Shown here piece after piece: positions 6,706 through 11,751 of a stretch of 11,751 nucleotides of DNA. This DNA comes from Arcobacter sp. (GTDB lineage Bacteria > Campylobacterota > Campylobacteria > Campylobacterales > Arcobacteraceae): contig CBFIGT010000069.1 in NCBI GenBank assembly GCA_965662175.1, forward strand, positions 1-11,751, read 5' to 3'. The position numbers were made by a program, and so were the translations under genes. The notes under the pieces are model-generated. The model saw only the letters and a list, made by a program, of their open reading frames with translations, searched no databases and was not told the DNA's origin. The stretch's first letter is position 1; the number at the start of each line of letters is the position of its first letter.

Positions 6706-8169
6706 TTAAGGTCTATAAACTTTTATATTTGTAAAGTTTTTAGCATCTTTTAAATATTGAGCATGAAGTTGACTTAAAATTCCTTTATCACAATAAAAAA
6801 GATATTGTTTATCTTGAGGAAGTTTTTCAAACTCTGATTTTAATTTATAAAATGGTATTTTTATAGTTTCACAAGAAGTTTCTATACACTCATCATTTTG
6901 TCTAATATCAATAACAGTATACTCTCCACTTGATAAATCACTTACAACTTCCATTTGACCAATATCACTAATATCAAGATCAATTTGGTCAACATTTATA
7001 AAAACAGCATTTTCAACAGCTTTATCTAAAACAGAATAGTCAAACTTTGAAGCCTCTTTTTCCATTCTTTCATAAGAGCCATGGGTTACTGGATTTTTTG
7101 AGATTACACCACAATATTCAGGCATAGACTCAGCAAATCTTCTAGTTCCAATTTCATCAGCAATTGCCATTATTTCAGGTTTATTCATAGTTGATAAAGG
7201 TCTTAATACAAGCTTATTTGTAGCTTGGTCTATCAAGGCTAAATTTCTAAGCGTTTGACTTGATACTTGAGCTACACTCTCCCCTGTTAATAAAGCATCA
7301 ATTTTCATCTCATCAGCTATTTTTTCAGCTGCTTTTAGCATAACTCTTTTTAGAGTAACTCCCATATAAGTTTCATGCGTTGAATTAAAAATTTCTGTTA
7401 CAACATCATCAAAAGGTACAGAAATAAACTTGATTCTATGTGAACTGCCAAATTTATTCCATAAATAATAAGCCACTTGTTTTACCCCTATTTCATGAGC
7501 AACTCCACCTAAATTAAAGAAAATAAAGTGAGTTTTTATACCTCTTTTCATAGTTAAGTATGAAGCAACAGTTGAATCAAAACCACCTGACATCAAAGAT
7601 AAAATATCTCCTTGCGTACCAAGAGGAAAACCACCTAATCCTTTATATTTGTTTGTAATAATATTTAGTTGATTATTTAAAAGTTCAAGATTTATAGTAA
7701 ATTCAGCACCTTTTAGTTTTACCCCTTTTGTTTTAGGGTTTTTAGCTAACATAAAACCACCAACACTTTGTTCAACATCAACTGATTTAAAATCATGAGT
7801 TCCAGAACGCTTAACTCTTACCACAAAAGTTTTATCTTCAATTTTTGAGCTCATAACTTTGTTTACAATCTCTTTTATCTCATCAATATTATTAACATTA
7901 TCATATTGTATTGCTTCAAGAACTAGTTCAACTCCAGGTGTTTGAAGTAAGGCTAATCTAACTTCAACAGAAAACTCAACAGAACAAACAATCTCTATTT
8001 TGTCAAAAAACTTTTTTAATTTTATTTGATTATCTATATTTTTTAGAATTTTATATACATTATTATAAAGCTGATTAATCATCTGCCTTTTAGCTGATGA
8101 ACCTTTTATCATAATCTCAGGGAAGAATTTAACTATGAATTTTTGAGTTTTAACCTCTGTTTCAATCAT
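6706..8169 (-). CDS. thiI: tRNA 4-thiouridine(8) synthase ThiI (THUMP + PP-loop + C-terminal rhodanese domain)
   Basis: N-terminal KFIVKFFPEIMIK, THUMP motif TFVVRVKR.G.H.F.S and PP-loop LMSGGFDS. Also TGES..QVSSQTL.NL, PEYCGVISK (Cys353), rhodanese YCDKGILSQLHA (Cys460) and C-terminal KVYRP. RBS AAGG at 8183-8180. Confidence 0.97.
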   Translation of the reverse strand: MIETEVKTQKFIVKFFPEIMIKGSSAKRQMINQLYNNVYKILKNIDNQIKLKKFFDKIEIVCSVEFSVEVRLALLQTPGVELVLEAIQYDNVNNIDEIKEIVNKVMSSKIEDKTFVVRVKRSGTHDFKSVDVEQSVGGFMLAKNPKTKGVKLKGAEFTINLELLNNQLNIITNKYKGLGGFPLGTQGDILSLMSGGFDSTVASYLTMKRGIKTHFIFFNLGGVAHEIGVKQVAYYLWNKFGSSHRIKFISVPFDDVVTEIFNSTHETYMGVTLKRVMLKAAEKIADEMKIDALLTGESVAQVSSQTLRNLALIDQATNKLVLRPLSTMNKPEIMAIADEIGTRRFAESMPEYCGVISKNPVTHGSYERMEKEASKFDYSVLDKAVENAVFINVDQIDLDISDIGQMEVVSDLSSGEYTVIDIRQNDECIETSCETIKIPFYKLKSEFEKLPQDKQYLFYCDKGILSQLHAQYLKDAKNFTNIKVYRP

Positions 8170-8200
8170 TTTTAGAAAACCTTGTTTTTAATTAATCGGG

Positions 8201-8209
8201 ATTATATCA
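8201..8209 (-). promoter_or_regulatory. Extended -10 promoter for thiI
   Basis: The minus strand reads TGATATAAT (TGnTATAAT) 31 nt upstream of the thiI ATG, with an AAGG RBS in between. Confidence 0.65.
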
Positions 8210-8256
8210 TAAGAGAGATAAAGCAAATATAATTACATTTTTTATACATATTATTT

Positions 8257-8276
8257 TGATAATATCTATCATTATA
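8257..8276. promoter_or_regulatory. Fur-family box-like operator upstream of the AEC transporter
   Basis: GATAATATCTATCATTATA (8258-8276) matches 14/19 of GATAATGATAATCATTATC. TGATAAT-A-TCTATCA (8257-8271) matches 12/14 of the 7-1-7 form. The site lies just upstream of the RBS AAGG (8281-8284). Confidence 0.5.
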
Positions 8277-8290
8277 ATTTAAGGTTTTTT

Positions 8291-9217
8291 ATGACAGTTT
8301 TTTTAACGCTATTGGGTAAAATTTTGCCACTTTATCTTAGTATCATACTTGGAATATTTTCCACCCTATTTTTAAAATGTGACAAAGAAACAGTAGCAAA
8401 AATACTACTTTTTATTTTAGCTCCATTAATTGTATTTAATGCAACAATGAATGTAAAACTAGATGCTACGGTTATATTTATGCCTACATTCTTTTTTCTT
8501 TTAAGCTCTCTTATGGCTTTTGTTTTATTGTTTTATTTTAAAAAAGTTTGGAGTGATAATACATCAAATTTATTAGCATTTAGTACATCAACTGGAAATA
8601 CAGGGAATATTGGTATTCCTTTGGCTATTTTATTTTTAGAACCAAAACTTGTAGATATATTTATTTTTACTGTTTTAGCATCAATTCTTTATCAAAATTC
8701 TGTTGGTTATTATATAACTGCAAAGGGTAATTTTACTGCAAAAGAGAGTCTAAAAAAAGTTTTAAAACTTCCTGTACTTCATGCTTTTATTTTAGGAATT
8801 GTATTAAATTTGTTGGAAGTAAAAATCCCTGAAATGTTTATGGATTATAGTAACTATTTAAAAGGTGCTTATGCGATATTAGGGATGATGTTACTTGGTA
8901 TGGGAATGGAAAATATCAAAAATGATAACTCATTTGATAAAAAATTTATAGGCTATTCTTTGGCTATAAAATTCCTACTTTGGCCTACTCTTATTCTGAT
9001 ATTTATATATTTGGATAAAAATTTTATCCACTTTTTAAATGATGGTTTTTATATGGTTATGTTTCTGTTTTCTATTGTTCCACTTGCAGGAAACACTGTA
9101 ACAGTAGCAACACTTTTAGATGTAAAACCACAAAAAATGTCTTTAGCTGTATTTATATCAACCTTGGTATCTTTATTTTATATACCATTTATGATATTTT
9201 TGTATACGAACTATTAA
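8291..9217 (+). CDS. AEC (auxin efflux carrier / membrane transport protein) family transporter
   Basis: 308 aa with about 10 TM segments. Motifs P.IVF, GNTGNIGIPL, LKLPVLHAFILG, MMLLGM, KFLLWP, P.AGN and V.ISTLVSL..IP. Confidence 0.9.
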   Translation: MTVFLTLLGKILPLYLSIILGIFSTLFLKCDKETVAKILLFILAPLIVFNATMNVKLDATVIFMPTFFFLLSSLMAFVLLFYFKKVWSDNTSNLLAFSTSTGNTGNIGIPLAILFLEPKLVDIFIFTVLASILYQNSVGYYITAKGNFTAKESLKKVLKLPVLHAFILGIVLNLLEVKIPEMFMDYSNYLKGAYAILGMMLLGMGMENIKNDNSFDKKFIGYSLAIKFLLWPTLILIFIYLDKNFIHFLNDGFYMVMFLFSIVPLAGNTVTVATLLDVKPQKMSLAVFISTLVSLFYIPFMIFLYTNY

Positions 9218-9244
9218 ATAAGAAGATAGACTTCTTATTTAATA
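9212..9244. terminator. Perfect 14-bp inverted repeat at the convergent AEC/nitroreductase junction, probable bidirectional terminator
   Basis: TATTAAATAAGAAG (9212-9225), loop ATAGA, CTTCTTATTTAATA (9231-9244). The repeat spans both stop codons. Confidence 0.7.
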
Positions 9245-9864
9245 AACTCAACTATATCTTCAAATTTTTCTCTTAATTGAGTAGATTGTGGGTTAATTCT
9301 ATATCCAAATGGAAGTACACAAGCTAATTGGAATTTTGAAGTATCAAGTTCTAAAACTTTTTCAACATTCTCTTTTTCAAATCCCTCGATAGGACAAGAA
9401 TCAATACCTTTAATAGCAGCTGCTGTCATCATATTTCCTAAAGCAATATATGATTGTCTTGCTGTCCATGAATAGATATTTTCATCACTTGATAAAACAT
9501 CTTTTAAGTGACTTGCATAAATTCCATTATAAAAGTCTTGCTTTTCTTGTGGCATTTCTCTTCTTGCAAATCTTTGTCTTGGAATTCCACTTTCAGGTTT
9601 TGCACCCTCAATTCCAGCTAATACAATCACCAAATGCGAACAAGTAGTAACTTGAGGTTGATCCCAACAAAAAGGTCTAAGTTTTGCTTTTAACTCTTCA
9701 TTTGTTATAACTAAAAACTTCCAAGCTTCCATACCAAAAGATGATGGTGATTTTCTTCCAGCTTCAAGTATAAATCTCATATCCTCATCACTAACTTTTT
9801 TTGTTTCATCAAAAATCTTACAAGCGTGTCTAAAATCCATAGCCTCTGCAAACGTTTTTTCCAT
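9235..9864 (-). CDS. NAD(P)H-dependent FMN nitroreductase (NfsB/FrxA-like)
   Basis: Motifs RHACK.FD, SPSSFGMEAWKFLVI, QPQVTTCSHL, YIALGNMM..AA..GIDSCPIEGF and GYR. RBS AAGGA at 9875-9871. Confidence 0.93.
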   Translation of the reverse strand: MEKTFAEAMDFRHACKIFDETKKVSDEDMRFILEAGRKSPSSFGMEAWKFLVITNEELKAKLRPFCWDQPQVTTCSHLVIVLAGIEGAKPESGIPRQRFARREMPQEKQDFYNGIYASHLKDVLSSDENIYSWTARQSYIALGNMMTAAAIKGIDSCPIEGFEKENVEKVLELDTSKFQLACVLPFGYRINPQSTQLREKFEDIVEFIK

Positions 9865-9875
9865 ATTTTTTCCTT

Positions 9876-11009
9876 TTAAATTGATTTTTCTAATATCTTT
9901 TCTACAAGCTTTAAATCCACACTTCCCCTATCTCCAAAATGAGTGAATCCATGTTTTTCTAAAAGTGTTGTAACTTTTTTTATAATCTCTTTATCATCTG
10001 TATATGAAGAGATTTTTAAATCTATATTTAACGATGAATATAAAGCTCTTATTTTCTCAACTACCTCTATAGGATTTGAGCTATTCATTCCAAATACATT
10101 TTTTCCCATTTGTAAAAGTTTATCACTTTTTTCATCTACTAGTATTGTAAGTAGATTTGGCTGGATTATTGCTAGAGTTCTAGCATGGTCAATTCCATAC
10201 AATCCACTTAACTCATGTCCTATAAAGTGTGTCGCCCAATCTTGTGGAACTCCAAGTCCTATAAGTCCATTTAGTGCTTGATTTGCAAGCCACATAAGAT
10301 TTGCATACCATAAATCATCTCTTTTATCAAAACTATTTGCTAGTTCATATAAAGCTCTTAAAATTCCCTCACTATAATAATCTTGTGCCAAAGCTCCATG
10401 TTTTTGAGTAATATATTGTTCACAAGTATGAACAAAGGCATCAACTAAACCATTTGCAAGTTGTCTATCATCTAAACTTTTTAAAACATCAGGGTCTAAA
10501 ATAGAAAACTTTGGATATGAAAAAGGTGAGTGAAAGAATCTTTTCTCTTTTGTCTCTTTTTTTGTAATAACAGAACCTGAATTTGACTCACTTCCTGTTG
10601 CTGCTAAAGTCAAAATAGCACCAATAGTTAAGGCTTTTGTAGGAGTAAATTTACCCTCAAGTAAATCCCATCCATCACCCTCATAAAAAAATGCATTTGA
10701 TACATATTTAGCACCATCAATTACAGAACCACCACCAACAGCTAAAATAAAATCAACACTATTTTCTCTACCAAAAGCAACTGCTTTATCCAAAGTCTCT
10801 TTTGTAGGATTAGCTTCAACTCCAGCAAACTCAAAAAAAGTATGATTTGAAAGTGCCTCTATAACTTGAGTATAAACACTATTTCTTTTGATACTTCCAC
10901 CACCATAAAGAAATAAAACTCTACTCTCTTTTGGAATAAACTCTGATATTTTTTTAATCTTACCTTGTCCAAACTCAATTTTTGTTGGATTAATATATGA
11001 AAATTCCAC
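9876..11009 (-). CDS. yqhD: Iron-containing alcohol dehydrogenase family, YqhD-like NADPH-dependent aldehyde reductase
   Basis: NADP-binding YGGGSIK, AVGGGSVIDG, TL.ATGSESN and metal ligands in DAFVH, THFIGHE and DHARTLAI. GTG start with RBS AAAGGA at 11020-11015. Confidence 0.9.
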   Translation of the reverse strand: MEFSYINPTKIEFGQGKIKKISEFIPKESRVLFLYGGGSIKRNSVYTQVIEALSNHTFFEFAGVEANPTKETLDKAVAFGRENSVDFILAVGGGSVIDGAKYVSNAFFYEGDGWDLLEGKFTPTKALTIGAILTLAATGSESNSGSVITKKETKEKRFFHSPFSYPKFSILDPDVLKSLDDRQLANGLVDAFVHTCEQYITQKHGALAQDYYSEGILRALYELANSFDKRDDLWYANLMWLANQALNGLIGLGVPQDWATHFIGHELSGLYGIDHARTLAIIQPNLLTILVDEKSDKLLQMGKNVFGMNSSNPIEVVEKIRALYSSLNIDLKISSYTDDKEIIKKVTTLLEKHGFTHFGDRGSVDLKLVEKILEKSI

Positions 11010-11028
11010 TAATATCCTTTCTTATTTT

Positions 11029-11751
11029 TTAAAATGCTCTTAAATATGAGCTATTTATTATCTCTTTTTTATCAAACTCTCTTGCTGCATAAAAAGGAAA
11101 ATTTGGAGAGCGTAAAAGCTCCCTACCATATGCAACAAAATCACAATATTTTTCATTTAAAAGCTTTTCACCCTCAACTGCACTTGTAATAAGTCCAACT
11201 GCTATAACAGGTATTTTTATACTGTTTTTTATTTTTTTAGCATAGCAAGATTGATAAAGTGGTCTTAATTTTGGAGGATAATTAGGTTTTTCAATATTTC
11301 CACCTGAAGATACATGTATAGCATCAACTCCTACTTTTTCAAGTTTTTTACATAAATAAATTGAATCTTTAAGACTCCAACCACCCTCATGAAACTCTTC
11401 AGCACTAATTCTTACTATCAAAGGTAAATCAACTTTTTTCTTAATTTCATCTGCTATTTCTAAAACTAATTTGCATCTATTATCTAAAGAACTACCATAC
11501 TCATCTTTTCTTTTATTAGTATATGGAGATAAAAATTCACATAAAAAATATCCATGGGCAGCGTGAAGTTCAATAGCATCATATTTTGCTTTTTTTGCTC
11601 TTATTGCTGATTTTACAAACTTCTCTTTGATTTTTTTAATATCTTTCAAAGTTGCTTCATTTGGTTTTTTAAATGGTTTATTTTCACTAAAAGCAATAGA
11701 ACTAGGTGCAATAGGAGTTGAATCATTTACAACACTTTTTCTTCCTGCATG
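11029..11751 (-). CDS. namA: Old yellow enzyme family NAD(P)H:flavin oxidoreductase, NamA/YqjM type, 5' truncated by the window edge
   Basis: The frame is open from base 11751 (HAGRKSVVNDSTPIAPSSIAF...), so the listed TTG at 11649 is internal. Catalytic HAAHGY, FLSPYTNKRKDEYG, GRELLRSP and a C-terminal Arg finger (YLRAF) as in YqjM. Confidence 0.9.
   Translation of the reverse strand, partial: HAGRKSVVNDSTPIAPSSIAFSENKPFKKPNEATLKDIKKIKEKFVKSAIRAKKAKYDAIELHAAHGYFLCEFLSPYTNKRKDEYGSSLDNRCKLVLEIADEIKKKVDLPLIVRISAEEFHEGGWSLKDSIYLCKKLEKVGVDAIHVSSGGNIEKPNYPPKLRPLYQSCYAKKIKNSIKIPVIAVGLITSAVEGEKLLNEKYCDFVAYGRELLRSPNFPFYAAREFDKKEIINSSYLRAF

Noticed and set aside
9450..9647. 65-aa plus-strand ORF
   Set aside because: It is antisense to the nitroreductase and has no supporting signal.
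9943..10281. 112-aa plus-strand ORF
   Set aside because: It is an antisense shadow of the YqhD-like gene.
11647..11649. ORF-track starts at 11649 (TTG) and at 18 (ATG)
   Set aside because: Both frames stay open to the window edge with family-like sequence (HAGRK; KIFLHM), so the true starts most likely lie outside the window.
1..11751. CRISPR arrays, tRNA/rRNA genes, IS elements, integron attC arrays or a TPP riboswitch ahead of thiI
   Set aside because: The window is almost fully coding and the longest gaps are 115 and 121 nt. No periodic repeats, transposase or integrase motifs, or riboswitch consensus were seen by eye.

Overview
Very AT-rich bacterial DNA. The AAGG(A) ribosome-binding sites and a TGnTATAAT promoter suggest Campylobacterota (Arcobacter-like), which is an inference. 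The left half (<1-6690, + strand) is a tightly coupled eight-gene membrane-lipid modification cluster: SnoaL/NTF2-like protein (5' truncated), GPH-type MFS transporter, FAD-dependent oxidoreductase, DUF1365 protein, CFA-synthase-family SAM methyltransferase, SDR, lipocalin and DUF3833 lipoprotein. By family this matches the Rhodobacter sphaeroides methyl-furan fatty acid genes (UfaM, UfaD, UfaO plus the rest of RSP1087-1091). The methyltransferase carries active-site substitutions typical of methyl-branching rather than cyclopropanating enzymes. The right half holds a full-length, E. coli-like thiI (-), a divergent AEC-family transporter (+) preceded by a Fur-box-like site, and a minus-strand operon of NamA/YqjM-type old yellow enzyme (5' truncated), YqhD-like aldehyde reductase and nitroreductase. 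Hairpins lie at both convergent gene junctions. No RNA genes, CRISPR arrays or mobile elements were seen. All family assignments are by eye from motifs; no searches were run.
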